From: Vicugna vicugna
Taxonomy: Eukaryota
DNA: 64,000 nt
Direction of reading: 5' to 3'
Assembly: GCA_013265495.1 (NCBI GenBank)
Contig: MU058289.1
Span: 1-64,000 of the forward strand
Shown: in pieces, positions 1 to 13,044 of the stretch
Position numbering within the stretch: position 1 is the first letter of the stretch
How the letters are laid out: every line of letters starts with the position of its first letter
Translations under genes and position numbers: made by a program
The notes under the pieces: model-generated
Told to the model about the DNA's origin: nothing
Seen by the model: only the letters and a program-made list of their open reading frames with translations
Databases searched by the model: none

Positions 1-2340
1 ACAGAACTTTCTAAAAGCTTCTGTGGATCACATAAAAATTTTCAGGAATCAGAATGGCAATGGATTTCTCAACAGCACCATTTGAAGTAAGAAAACAAAG
101 TGATTCCTTTAATGTTACAAAGGAAAATGAATTCCAGCTGAGAATTCCATACCCAGCCAAAGCTAGTATGAAGATTATATACCAAGCAAGATTAAATACC
201 CAGCTAGTGTAAAGATAAAATCAAGACAATGGTAGATCTGCAGAGAATGAATGATAAAATTATCTCTTACATAGCCTTTTTTAGGAAGCTACTGGCCTAT
301 AAATTAAGAAAATGAAAGGTATCATATTCAGAAACTAGAAAACTAACATGAGAATGGTGAACAAAGTCCAGTATAATTGTAAAAGTCTAGTCCCAGGACA
401 TATCTGGCAGCAGACCTAGAAAGCAGCACCTAAGAACAGGAGGACAGAGAACTGGGGGAAAGAAACTGAGCACTGAGCAAAGAAAGAGTTCAGGTTGAGT
501 AAACAATGAAGTTTACTATGTTTCCCTTTTCACACTGCAAGCTTCTAGCTTGAAGCAAGCTTGAACTCAGAGAAAAGGCTTTGAATGAAACTTCCATATT
601 ATCGCACTCAACTAGAGGTTATAATTAGTAAAACGAGACTGATCTGGTGACTGAAAATAACCAAAGAATACCAAAGTGATCAAAACAATTATAGGGACTG
701 CACAAGCTTTTATCCAGGGCAACAAAACAATTAGCCATAGAGTTGAGAGTGGAAATTATAGGAAAATAAATTCTTTTGCTTGACTCTATGGAGTCCTGCT
801 TATTTCAAAGTAGTAGTTATAAGGTGAGTTGGTTTCTCAGGTACACAGTCATATCATCTGAAGAAAATGATAATCTTACATCCTCTTTTCTAATTTTTAA
901 CCTAATTTTTCCTCTTGTCTAAGTGCTTTGGTTAACACCTACAGCACAATGTTACATAACAATGGCAATGGTATATACCCTTGTCTTTTTTCCAAATTTA
1001 CTGAGGATGTTTCATAATATTCCTGATTAAACAAAAGGTTAGCTACTGAACATAAAATTCATTTTATTCCTTTTAAATTTATTTTCCACTTCAGTATACT
1101 ACCTCCCTAGACTTATTCCCATTAATAGTGGGCAATAATCTTCATTATAGAGATGATGAGTGTAATTAGATGTTGATGGGAGAGGGGAATCAGATACTGT
1201 CTGGGCTTTGGCACAGGAAAATGGATTGAAAAGGCTCAGCCTTTTTCTGAAGAAATTCAGACAGAAAGGCCTTAAGCAGAATAGACTTGGAGACTGATTC
1301 TCATCCTGATTTTCTCAGCCTCTGTATCAAACACATTTTTTAAGTTGAGAATTCCAAATTTTGTTCCTCAGCTCCAAATTTATACCTTCAGAAAACACTG
1401 TTCCTACTCTGAGTCCTCTACCTTGGTACACTCTAATTTTCAGATAATCGAATCATAAAATGAATAGCCTTATGATTTGGTGAGTTCCCCAAGATTAGAA
1501 GTGTTGAAACACAACTGAATAAAGATATTTTTTCTACTAGTTAGAGGAAAAATCCAAAAACTCTAGCTACCCGCCATGTCCTCCACCCACTTCTGTGACA
1601 AAGCAAGGTTCTTTTGCTTAATATTGCTTTGATTTGAGCTGTAAGTATTAACTCTAAAAACCAAAAAGAGATTAAGAGATAAAAAAATGGTGAGAAATTA
1701 TAACCTATGTGTAATTAGAGCCTAAGAAGAAGAGGAGAGAAAATGAGGCAGGGCCAATCTATGAAGATGGCTGAAGATTTTCCTGAACACCTATCCACAA
1801 ATTCAAAAACTTTTAACAAATTGCAAGCAGACAAATAAAAAGGAATGCCCACTTACACATTGCATACTAGAATTACAGAAAACCTAAAACAGAGAGAAAG
1901 TCTTAAAAATAGCCAGAGGAAGAAAAGCCAAATTACCTCAAAGGAGGAGCTAGAATAATCAAGACTAGGTTAAATAAATGGAATTATCACTGTAAGTATA
2001 AATATAGTAGATTATTTGCATAACTTTGGGACAAGGAAGCATTTCCTAAATAAAACACCAAAAACAACAACCATAAAGGGAAAAAAATAGATCAATTTGG
2101 CTTCGTTAAAAAATTTGGACTTTTATTCATAAAACTACCTTAAAGAAAGTGACAAAACAATCCGAATAGTAGAAAAATATAATCAATAAAGGATCCATAT
2201 CCGGATTACATAAAGAATTCCCATGAATCAATACAATAATCCAAGAGTAAAATGTGTAAAAGATTTGAACAGGCATGTCGTGAAAGAAGAAACCCTGATA
2301 ACCAACAGAATAGGAAATGGTGTTCAATCTCACTATTAAT
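1..2340. mobile_element. Cluster of old L1 (L1M-type) fragments on both strands
   Basis: L1 ORF1-like motifs (agaattccatacccagccaa near 141; gagagaaagtcttaaaaatagccagag near 1890), an antisense ORF2-like piece at about 840-1050, and an A-rich ORF2 3' piece at about 2000-2340. Confidence 0.65.
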
Positions 2341-2930
2341 CATGGAAATCCAAACTCAAACCTGTATGAATGTATGTATATGTGTTAGTATAAATACACA
2401 TTTAAAATAAATATTTAAACATTTCATGTCTGACACTGATCTGAAGAAAAGATAAACCATAACTCATTCATGCAAAAAATAATACGTATCTTTGAAAATG
2501 GTATTTACAAAGATCATTTGACGACAAAGGAGAATGACCCTTTATTTAGAGAAACTGAAGGATATAAAATGGTAAATGACGTATAATTTGATTTTGAAAA
2601 AATAATGAAAACACTCCAAAATATTAACACGGTTTAAGTGGTCCCATTTTTTTTCTCGGTAATTCTGTGTTTTTTAAATCTCTAGAATAATCATGCTTTT
2701 ATTTTAAAATCATAATACTGCATTTAAAAAGAAGAAAACTCGGCAAAAGGAAGTGAAGCCGTTTTCCAATCAAGTAAACATTAGGTGTATGGGAGTTACT
2801 GTGCTTCAATAGCAGGCTCTACTATCCTTCCTTCCAGTGGGAAAATTATAGGAACCTATAATCAAATGACGTATCTTTATTAAGTATTAACTTTCACAAG
2901 AAGGAAAGCAAAGAGGAAACCCCAACATAC

Positions 2931-2988
2931 CTTGGACACTGCTTGCAGAAGTTCATCGTGCATTCTTTCCCTCTCTTCTGCGCCCCAC
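2931..2988 (-). CDS. ZNF829: ZNF829-like N-terminal exon, copy A (encodes ...ERMHDELLQAVSK; ATG at 2963-2961)
   Basis: Acceptor ttctgcag|G and donor CAAG|gtatgt on -; the peptide matches the recalled human ZNF829 N-terminus EEERMHDELLQAVSK; the KRAB and finger exons would lie left of the window. Confidence 0.75.
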
Positions 2989-3300
2989 CTGCAGAAGGGT
3001 AGAACTGGGAGAGGAGAAAGTAACTCTGAGACACCAGGTTTTTCTTCTTGCTCAAAGTGGTCAGGTCAGAGGTCAGCCCCAGCCCCCCGCCCTCCGCAAC
3101 ACACCCAGAGAATGGAGATTAGAGGAACACGGGGCATCCTGTCCTATCCTAGTGTCTTAAGGGAGTTACCGTGCTTCAATAGCAGGCTCTACTATCCTTC
3201 CTTCCAGTGGGAAAATTATAGGAACCTATAATGAAATGACGTATCTTTATTAAGCATTAACTTTCATAAGAAGGAAAGCATAGAGGAAACCCCAACATAC

Positions 3301-3356
3301 CTTGGACACTGCTTGCAGAAGTTCATCGTGCATTCTTTCCCTCTTCTACGCCTCAC
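3301..3356 (-). CDS. ZNF829: ZNF829-like N-terminal exon, copy B (MHDELLQAVSK; in-frame TAG just upstream of the ATG)
   Basis: Same splice sites (ttctccag|G, CAAG|gtatgt); 56 nt versus 58 nt in copy A. Confidence 0.6.
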
Positions 3357-3899
3357 CTGGAGAAGGGTAGAACTGGGAGAGGAGAAAGTAACTCTGAGAC
3401 ACCAGGTTTTTCTTCTTGCTCAAAGTGGTCAGGTCAGAGGTCAGCCCCAGCCCCCCGCCCTCCGCAACACACCCAGAGAATGGAGATTAGAGGAACACGG
3501 GGCATCCTGTCCTATCCTAGTGTCTTAGGAAAAGGCGGAGGTCACTGCTGTCGAGGACAGCAGAGGTTTCCTAGGGACAGAGTTCTGGAATCACAATCGC
3601 ACAGCTGACAGGCGCCTGATACCCATACACACTGTGCCACATACATTAGGCGCAGACATACTTAAAAGAAGGGAACACGCCCTCCACACCCACACACACA
3701 GAGCCGTGATACAGATGCAAACTCCCCACGAACACATACAGTTACACTCTCAGAGTCGCAGGTACCCCAGTGCCGCGGGGTCACAATCCCACAACGATAG
3801 GCATCCTATGTCCGCACACTGGCCGCACAACCTCCTCTTTCCATGTCGCTCCGCCCGCACAGGCTCAAGGACCCAGCTTCGCGTCGGCCTCTGGTCTCT

Positions 3900-4600
3900 T
3901 CAACTTAGGCCTTTCAGGTCCCCCAAGGTTTGAACCTGCAGAGCTGAGCCAGTTCCCCAGGAGCCCACGGTCTCTCACCTCGCGGATCTAACGGTCCCGC
4001 CAGACAACACGAAAAGTTCAAGTCCTGCGAGAAGAGCGACGGACCGCTGGGTCCTCTGGGAAATGTGGTCCACAGCCAGCCCCACGGCCGGTTCCCCTCA
4101 GCGCCCGGCTGGCTCCACGCGAAACGACGGCTCCTGCAATTCTCAGAGTCTCGTCAGGTCCCAGACTTGCGTCTCGCGGTAGCTTGGCCGGCTTGGGCTC
4201 AGCCTCCCGAGCGGACCTGGCTCATCCCCTCCCTCGTACAGGAAACGCCTGCTCGGTTCTGGCCGGAAGTTGATTCGGGCCGCGGGGCCTTCTGGGAGGT
4301 GCTGTGTAGCGGAACGTCCGGAGGGAGGCGGGCGTGGGGGGATAGTTCGGCGTTACCGGCACCTGGGCCGGGCCTTCCTGCGGGTCGCCTTCGCCCGGCC
4401 TCTCAGAAACTGCGCACTAGATGCGCATTCGGGCGTTTCCGGCAGGTGACGCTGCCGCGTCCCCGGAGCGGGCCTTGAAGGAGGGGCTCAAGCAGTCTGG
4501 GCTGCACCAGCGCGCGCGGCTGACGGGGCGGAGCCTTAGAGGAGGCCCAGAGTGTCTGGAGTAGCGGCTGTGCGGCGTGCGCGGGGTGGGAATACGCTCC
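3900..4600. promoter_or_regulatory. CpG-island bidirectional promoter (ZNF829-like on -, ZNF568-like on +)
   Basis: CpG-dense; ZNF143-like ctgggaaatgtggtcc at about 4056-4071; ETS ccggaagt at about 4263; candidate first-exon donors at 3979 (-, GAG|gtgaga) and 4445 (+, CAG|gtgacg). Confidence 0.85.
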
Positions 4601-5088
4601 GGGAGAGTGTTTGGAGTTGTTAGAACAAGAAACTGTCGTGGAGAGTTCGTGATTATAATAATCTGTGGGGTTGTGATCCTGTGTGTGTGTACGTGTGATT
4701 GTGATGATGTGAGTGTGATGGAGTAATTGTGATGGGATGTCTGTGTTATGGTTATGTTTGTGATTTATGACAACGTGTGTGGTGTCTGTGACTGTCAGGC
4801 AGCTGTGCAGTGTCTGTGAGTGTGGTGAGATATTTGTGACTGATAGTGGTTCTTACCTGAGTTGACTTGTGAGTAGCCTTTGGCATAATTGGTAATTGAA
4901 AAAAATCTCTGTGTTTGGTTTCGAGTGGTCCTTTCTCCCCATTGGCCACTCTCATAATATCCTTTGCTGCGATCCCCCCTCCCCCACCCCCAGCAGTTCT
5001 TGGCCCTGTTCTGTTGCGTTCCAGTTTCCCTTGGTGATTTTCCCCGCCAGATTTATGATCTAATCTTCCTGTGGCTTCTTTTATTATA

Positions 5089-5530
5089 TGTATTAGTTAT
5101 TTTTATTTTGCCTAACAGACCACCCTGAAACTGAGTGGCATACACAAGCATTTATTCTCTTGTTCACAGGTTTGTGAGTTCTCTGTGTTCAGCGTATCTA
5201 GTCTGGGCTTGGCTGGGTGGCTGGGCTGGAGAATGGATTTAGATTTGATTCACATGTGTTCTTTCTGCAGCTCAGGCTAAAAGGACAGGGGTTACCAAGA
5301 CATGTTCTTCTCATGGTGGATCACCAGAGCACAAGATAGATCATAAAATTCCCTTAAAACCTCTGCTCCCAAATATACTACTACGTTAGCCAAAGCTGGT
5401 AACCTACCTAAGCTTAACATTAATTACACCCACAGTCAGAGAGCAAGGCAAAGTTAAACGGTAAAGAATATGAATGTATAATCCTGTTAGAGGTAAGATG
5501 AGGAATTGGGACCAAGATTCCAATCTACAG
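5089..5530 (-). mobile_element. MaLR (MLT1-type) LTR
   Basis: Typical MLT1 antisense start tgtattagtta...gcctaacagaccaccctgaaactgagtggc...catttatt; ends ...aatctaca. Confidence 0.65.
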
Positions 5531-6031
5531 CATTAAGAAACATACCTCTTTATTCTGGTGACTGCTTTTTAGTCCAGGTTGTCTTTTGTCTGATAATACG
5601 TTTTTCAGGTTTTGTTACTGTATTTTCCAGGAATTTCATTTTACAACCCCTTCTGTTTGTCTTTATACTTCAGGTCTGTCTCTTGTAAAGTGCATATTGC
5701 TGGGCATTCCCCCTCTTTTATCCTGTTAGACTATTATTTTAATAGGTGAGTTTAATTCATTTACATTTATTGTGATTGTTGATTTAAAATTTTCTATTAT
5801 AGCTTCTTTTTTTATTGTGCAGGTTTACCTTTATCCCCTTTCTCTCTCCACTGCTTTGGTTTCTTATCCTGGAATTTTTAACGTGCATATTTAACAAAAC
5901 CCAAACTTAAGGTTTTAGAACACTTGAACTCCAAACTACCCACCGATTTCTATGTTATTCTTGACTGATGTATCGCCTTCTTCTAATTTTAATTACCTGA
6001 AATTAGTAGTAATTCATTTGCTCAGTATATA

Positions 6032-6256
6032 CAGCTGACCTTTGAACAACATGGGAGTTAGAGGCATCACTCCCCCTCCTCCCCTTGTAGTCAAAACTCC
6101 AAGTAGAGCTTTACAGTTGGCCCTCTGTATCTTAGGTTTTGCAACTGCGTATTCAACCAACCTCAGATCGTGTAGTATTGTAATACGTATTTGTTGGGAA
6201 AAATCTGCATGTAAGTGGACCCACGTAGTTCAAACCTGTGTTGTTCATGGGTCCTG
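6032..6256. mobile_element. Tigger-family MITE (MER8/Tigger2-like)
   Basis: Terminal inverted repeats cagctgacctttgaacaac and gttgttcatgggtcctg, flanked by TA. Confidence 0.75.
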
Positions 6257-6319
6257 TATGTGTGTGTATTTTTTCAATTGTATTAAAATACAGATAACAT
6301 AACACATAAAATGTACTAT

Positions 6320-7530
6320 CATAATATTTGTACCCCCACATTCATTGCAGCATTAGTTACTATAGTCAAGATGTGGAAACATCTATCCATTAACAGATGA
6401 ATGGATAAAATGTGTCATATACGTACAATGGAATACTATTCAGCCTTAAGAAAGAATGAAATCCTGCCATTTGTGACAACATGGACATTATGCTAAGTGC
6501 AATAAGCCAGTCACAGGACAAATACTACATGATTCCATTTACATAAGTTATCTAAAATAGAATCAAAGAAGCAGTGAGTAGAATGGTGGTTGTCGGGCTG
6601 GAGGGAGAGGAAAATGAGGAATTGTTTTCCAATAGGTACAAGATTTCTGTTATGTTCAATGAATAATTTCTAGAGACCTGGACAACATAGTACATATATT
6701 AACAAAATGTTATTGTGCATTTTAAAATACGTTGAGAGAGTAGATCTCATATTAGGTGTTCTTACTGAAAAAAACAAAACAACACAAGGATGTTTTTGGA
6801 GGTGATGGATATGTTTAGTACCTTGGTTATGGTATTGGTATCACAGATGTATGTATATGTCCAAACTCATCAGGACATACTCATTAAATCTGTGAAGTTT
6901 TTTGTGTATCAGACCTCAATAAAGCTAAAAAATACACAAAAAATTATCATCTTAAGCATTTTTAGGTGTACAGTTTAGTGGTATTACATTTACATTGCTG
7001 TGCCACCATCACCACTGTCCATCGGTAGAACTCTTTATCTTGCAAAACAAAAACTCTGTATCCACTAAACAGTAACTCCTCATTCCTTCTGTCCTCCAGT
7101 TCCAGGCAACCACCATCCTACCTTTTGTCTCTCTGAATTTGATTACTCTATGTACCTCATGTAAGCAAATCATACAGTATTTGTCCTTTTGTGACTGTTT
7201 TTTTTAACTTACCATAATGTCCTCAAGGTTCATCCATATTAAAGCTTGTGTCAGAATGCCCTTCCTCTTCAAGGCTGAATAATATTTCATTGTATGTATA
7301 TATCACATTTTGTTTATCCATTCATCTGTCAATGGACAGTTGGGTTGCTTCATCTTTTGATTATTGCAAATAATACTGCTATAAGCAGGGGTATACAAAC
7401 AGCTTTTCGAGTCCCTGCTTTCAGTTCTTTTGGGTATATACCCACAAGAGGAATTTCTGGATCATATAGTAATTCTTAATTTTTTGACTGCCATGCTGTT
7501 TTCCCTAGTGGCTGTACCACTTTAGCAACA
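6320..7530. mobile_element. L1MA-type 3' ends: sense about 6320-6935, antisense about 6935-7530
   Basis: Canonical L1 3' sequence (acagatgaatggataaaa; ggaatactattcagccttaagaaagaatgaaatcctgccatttg) followed by its reverse-complement type. Confidence 0.8.
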
Positions 7531-8264
7531 TCTTCTATCAGTGGCACACAGACAAAAATAAATCCCTATTTTCATGGACTTTATATGAGGGGGTGGACAA
7601 ATGATATGTATGATAAATAAATTATATAACTTGTTAGTGATAATTTCCATAAAAAATAGAAACTATGTAAAAGATATTAGGAGTATATCCCATGCATAAT
7701 ACTTCTCAAAATTTATTATAATTGAATGTTTTCTATTTTATTGTTTCTGTTCTGTCATTCAGGGCAAGGATTAGTCTACTCTCTTGTGTATCTTTTTTAC
7801 CATAAATTATAAATTAATATTTCTTAATAGCCATTTTATTTATCATCAGCTATCAATGTGACATGAGTATAATTCTCATTTCAAATGAAGAGTATGGGAA
7901 TTATAAATTGCAATTCTTGTTTACTCAAGTTGTCAGGATAGATAGGAAATGGAAGAGCTGGACTTTTAATGCAACTCTCTTTTACTCCAATTCTTGGGTT
8001 TTTTGATTCACCTCTTTATCTGTCACTGCATCAGGCCTGTTCCTTTGCTCACAAAATATATTTGAGGAGCAGATAAGTATGTGAACATCATTATTGTATT
8101 TACTTTGTTTCTAAACTCTTGGTGTCTCTATTTGAGCACTTGGTTCAACCTGAGTTGCTGAGTCTTTTGAGTTTTCCAGACTCCTGCTGTCTCTGCATCC
8201 AGCATCTCTGGTCAGTGACAACAGGCAATGTGAATTACAAACAAGGAAGCTAATTATTTGGAAC

Positions 8265-8750
8265 TGTATCAGTTATCTATTACTGTGTAATAAGGTACCT
8301 CAAAATTTAGTGGCTTAAACAACAATAAGCATTATTATCTCAGTTTTTGTAGCGAGGAGTGACTTAACTGGATATTCTGGTTGAGATATTTCATGAAGTC
8401 GCAGTTAAGTTATTGGCAGAACTGCAGTCATCAGAAGGCTAACTGGAACTGGAGGATTTGTTTCCAAGAGGGCTGCCAAGTTAGTGTTGGCTGCTGGCGT
8501 CTCGCTAGGGCTGGTTGAGTGTCTTCTTGGCATGGTGGCTGACTTCCTTCTAAGTACATGGCTCAAAAATGTGCAAGACAGAAACCACAATGTCTTTTAT
8601 GACTTAGGCCTGAAAGTCATACACTGTCATTTTTGCAATATCCTATTGGTTGTACAGATCAACTCTATTCAGTGTGGGAGGGGTGTATGAAAGACATGAA
8701 TACGAGAAAACAGTGATCATTCAGGGCCACCTTGGAGGGTGGTTCCCACA
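8265..8750 (-). mobile_element. MaLR (MLT1-type) LTR
   Basis: tgtatcagttatctattactgtgtaa...caaaatttagtggcttaaacaac; ends ...ttcccaca. Confidence 0.7.
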
Positions 8751-9002
8751 GGGATCCAGTGGGAAGACCTCAGTTGAATTTGATTTGTTGTATCATAAGC
8801 CTACAGGTCCTGGCTCCACAAAGATAAGACAGATCTATGATGTGAGTTGAAAGAACCCTAAAGAGCAGGTAACTATTATGGAAAAAGACCTCCTGACCTG
8901 AGACCTTCCCCAGAAGTTGAGGAGTCCTGAGATAGAGGGAACCCTGGAATTGCTGGACCTGCACCTATCTTAACTCCTCTGCCTAGAGTGAGAAAGGCCT
9001 GA

Positions 9003-9078
9003 GTGACATCTCAACCTTCAGAGATCAGCAGTAGCTGTCTGACCGTGGAGCGTTTGATGCAGATGTTGGAAAGGCGAG
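9003..9078 (+). CDS. ZNF568: ZNF568-like first coding exon (VTSQPSEISSSCLTVERLMQMLERR; first ATG at 9057)
   Basis: Aligns with recalled human ZNF568 MTSQSSVISNSCVTMERLSHMMERK; donor GAG|gtgagg, phase 1; the human Met1 position is GTG here. Confidence 0.75.
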
Positions 9079-10615
9079 GTGAGGTGGCTCAGAAATGGGC
9101 AGTTTAGGAGAGAGGCCATACATTCATGGACAGAGAGAGTAAAAAGAATTAGGAAATTCATTACTCCTACCAAGAAGGTTCACAAGTTATTGACTGTGCA
9201 TGGTTGACGTCTGTTTTTTATTTTATAAACTTGACTGTTGTCTTTTTAATAAATTTCAATGTAATTTCTATTTTTTAAAATACGTTTAGATCTTTTTTAA
9301 GAGCGCTGTTAAGTATATAACCATAAACAAAAGTTTTCTATTCCATCCCTTCCCATCCCCTGTTCCCACCACCCACAGGCAAACCACTTTGAACTTTTTT
9401 TCATCTCTGCTTTTCTGAATAACATCCTCATACTACTAATGTTTGATTTCTGTTTTAGGTATTTCCAATTGACTTTTGACAGTGGAGATAAGAACTATCT
9501 GTTTTCTACCTAACCCCTACCTTGTTATCCCAGCCCACCCCAACCCGCTCTCCTCCTTGCTCTTCTTTCTAATATGGTGTTTTATTAGAGGTTGAATGTT
9601 GACCAGATGTCAGGATCTGCATACATTTTCTTTTGGGCTGGTCAGTTTCCCCAGCAAGAAGTTCTAGATTTTGTTTGAGGAGGATAAGCCAGAATCCTGC
9701 TTTTGGGAGGCAAAGGAAGAAGTTCGCAGGGGAGCATCTCATCTTTCAACATGACAGCTTTCACCTAATTCCCTTATTTTCTCTACATTGCTTCAACCCA
9801 ACCTTACATTCAGTTCCCAATTTTTCAGTCCCACCCCAAATTCCTGCCTGCAGAAATAGCCATGGGCTCCATTCCTGAGCCTTTGGACTGTTCAGCCATG
9901 GTTTCCTCACTCACCTTCACTTAAGCTTTAGCTTTCTCTAAGTTAGACACCAAGCATCTGTCTGGCTCTCTAGCTTTCAAAATTTTTGTTGACATCTCTT
10001 ACCTGCTAAAGTCTTCTATATTCTTTGCCCTTGTGAGATTCATTTTCTTTTGTTACTTTTATTTGCTTGTGTTTTGGAGAGAGCAGAAATAAATGCAAGT
10101 ATTCAGTCTTCCATTTTTAACCTGAAGGCCCTGAATTTTTTAGGGTAAATAATAAATTAAGTTATTTTAAAATGACATTAGAATTATAACTGCATTTCAT
10201 TCCATCATATGAATGTTCCATAATGCCTATAACCGGTCTGTGATTAATTTTTTTCCAAATTGTTTATAGTGCTTCATAAATAATTTAATCATTAAATCTT
10301 TGTGGTATTTATTATTATATACTTAAGATCAATCTCCTATTAGGAATAATATAGCAGGAGCCTACAGAAATACTATAGTGTCAATGGATTCATTGGGCAT
10401 CCTATACTTAGCCCTCCAGAAATTACCATCAGACCCTATATGATTAAATTACAAGCCATCTATGTATATTTCAGTGTCTCTATAGCCTGGTGGTGGTGAA
10501 CATTTCTCAGAGCTCTGAGGATCATTATAGGGGATCTTAGCGCTGGTGATGAAGATTTCTATATTCCTTTATCTGAAGCTCTGAAGTAAATTGTTTTTTA
10601 TTTCTCTTTCCTCAG

Positions 10616-10698
10616 CTTGGCATTATCTGGACTGTGCCCTTTTTGAGGAAGAAGAGGATATGACTAGTTCTCTGGAAGAGGATATGACCAGTTCTCTT
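10616..10698 (+). CDS. ZNF568: ZNF568-like pre-KRAB exon (AWHYLDCALFEEEEDMTSSLEEDMTSSL)
   Basis: Acceptor tttcctcag|, donor CTT|gtacgt; 83 nt, phase 1 to 0; resembles human AWCSQESALSEEEEDTTRPL. Confidence 0.8.
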
Positions 10699-11484
10699 GT
10701 ACGTTTTAAGCATTTACTTGTTTCCTGCATTATTTTACAATGCAGTTGCAGTGGCTTACGTTAACCTACTAGAAAGCTGGATAACAACTGAATTGAAAAT
10801 CAAGGTGAGGGAAAATGTGGCTAGAAAATCAGAACCAGGGGAAATGTGAGATATGGCTATGCAGAAATAGGTCCATTCAGACTTAATTAAAGTTGAGTTC
10901 AAATTTGATTTATGATATGGAGAAGCAAAACCAAATAAGACATAAAGTTCACCCCATAATTTGCACTGTTTATGGGGAAAAACTTACAATTCAAGAAAAA
11001 GAGAGGTGTTTCATTGGTACATATTCCAGAGTAACTCTATAATTCTTATAATTTTAACCTCAATTTTTAAAAAGTACATCTTGGCCATAGATTAAAAACT
11101 AGAATTATATTCAAGAGTAAATTGAACACCACTTTCAAATGATACTACATGTATGTTTTCTTCAGCTGAAATTTTTTAAGTAGAGCTAAAATATATACTA
11201 ATATTCTATGGCAAAATCTTACAGTTCTGGTATCTACAACTCTTAAAATGTTTGTTAATGGTCTCAGAAGATGCAGTATTCTTCATCTTCTTGCAGAATG
11301 ACTCATTTTCCTCTGCTCTTGATTTTTTTGTTTGTTTGTTTCCAGCACTGGAATCCCTCACACTCCTGTATTTTAAATATTTACCACTTTACTGCCTCTT
11401 TTTCCTCAGCTCCTATCTTTTCCATCCTGAAACACACTTTTTTGACCATATGATTATGTGGCTCATCCAGTTTTTTCTCCTGCA

Positions 11485-11700
11485 GAGTGGTTTTCTGGAC
11501 CTAGACAGACTTGGGTTCAAATCTTGGCTCAGCAATTTACTAAGTGCATAATTATGGGCAAGTTTCTTAATCTCTTTGGTCTAAACTACATCATCTGTAA
11601 ATGGAGATAATAATAATACTTATCCCATAAAAATCTTGTAACGGTTAAATCTGCATAGTAAGTGCTCCATAAGTAATAGATGTAGTTAATTATTAGCTAT
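11485..11700 (+). mobile_element. MIR SINE
   Basis: agacagacttgggttcaaatcttggctc...gggcaagtttcttaatctct...catctgtaaatggagataataat. Confidence 0.75.
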
Positions 11701-12500
11701 ATAAATCTTTCCTACCTGAAAAGATCTTTGGATGTGTTGGCTGTATTTACTGACCTACCTTTTTAGTTTAACGTATAAAACTGATAAGATAAAAGAGAGG
11801 ATGCCTGATTTGGGTTCGCAAAATTAAGCCTTGTCTTCAGTAAAACTCCCATAAATACTGTAATAAGGCAAAACTAGAAACACTTTTTATAGTACATATA
11901 CAGAAATATACTAGCAATTCTTTAAAACAATAATTAAGAATATAGAAAATTAGGTGAAGGACATGGGGAAGTAGTTGGAAAAAATGCGGATGGCCAATAA
12001 ATATTTTTAAATAATAATGTCACAAAGAAATAGACCATTAAGATCTGCAGATACATTTTTAGATGTATTTTGAATTAGTAGGTAATGACCATCTTTTATG
12101 AGAGGATTCCAAATAATTAGTTCACATGTGCATTTTCTTTATAGAATAAAAAGCTAGAGATAAGAAGTTGTGCTCTACAAATAGGACACTCTTACTTTCA
12201 AAGAATTCATGCAGTTCCTTTCAGATACCAGAACCAGGTGTTTTGTTCTGGACTGTCGAATAGAAATGGACTGCCCACATTCCTGGGAATGCAGACCTAA
12301 ATTCATTCTAGAATATGGATGTAAATATATTCATGGCAGCTTTTATTTATATTTGAATAGACTACATAGTAGCTAGAAAAATCTTTTACAATAATGTTAT
12401 GTTGTTAATCCTTTTTCTACTTGAAACTAAAGAATTTTAAGAATGCCTACTTCAGTATTAGAATTTATGCAGGTGTCTTTTTCTAATCTGTCACTTATAT

Positions 12501-12632
12501 ATATTTTTTTCTGGTTGGGGGAGGTAATTAGGTTTATGTATTTATTTATTCTTAGAGGAAGTACTTGGCATTGAACTCAGGACCTCATGTGTGCTAAGCA
12601 TGCACTCTACCACTGAGCTATAACCCCCCCCT
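12501..12632 (-). mobile_element. tRNA-derived SINE (camelid Vic-1-like)
   Basis: Reverse complement reads ggggggttatagctcagtggtagagtgcatgcttagc; TSD tgtcacttatat on both sides. Confidence 0.85.
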
Positions 12633-13044
12633 TGTCACTTATATGTTATCATGTATCTTTTGTTGTATAGAAACTTTACATTTGGATAGTACATCTAGCA
12701 TATGATAAATACGTGCATCCAATAAGAATTCAGTTAAAATGAATACCAATATTAATTTTGGTAGTTATAGTTAAACTTGGGAGACATTTATTTTTACCTT
12801 CCCTCATCACTAATCATGGAGACGACTGGCTAAATCTTCTGTCTCCTCAAGATAACATACACTATTGAGTGACTGTTACATCCTATGGAGAACTTCAGTC
12901 TTTCATCCCAAGAGCACTCTTTGAACTGATCTATGCAACATTAATATTTACTAGTCTTTTCTTTCATGACTTGCCAATGTTGATCTTTTCTAAGATATCT
13001 TTCCTAGTATTAAGTTATAGAGATAGTTTCTTTTCATAGCTTTG

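Larger units (their letters stand above)
2791..3527 (+). repeat. Direct tandem duplication, 2 x ~370 bp, near-identical
   Basis: gggagttac[t/c]gtgcttcaatagcagg starts at 2791 and 3161; the copies differ by a few substitutions and a 2-bp indel. Confidence 0.97.

Noticed and set aside
4065..4478. Long ORFs in CpG islands (also near 17.5, 30.2 and 56 kb)
   Set aside because: Expected from stop-codon scarcity in GC-rich DNA; no recognisable domains
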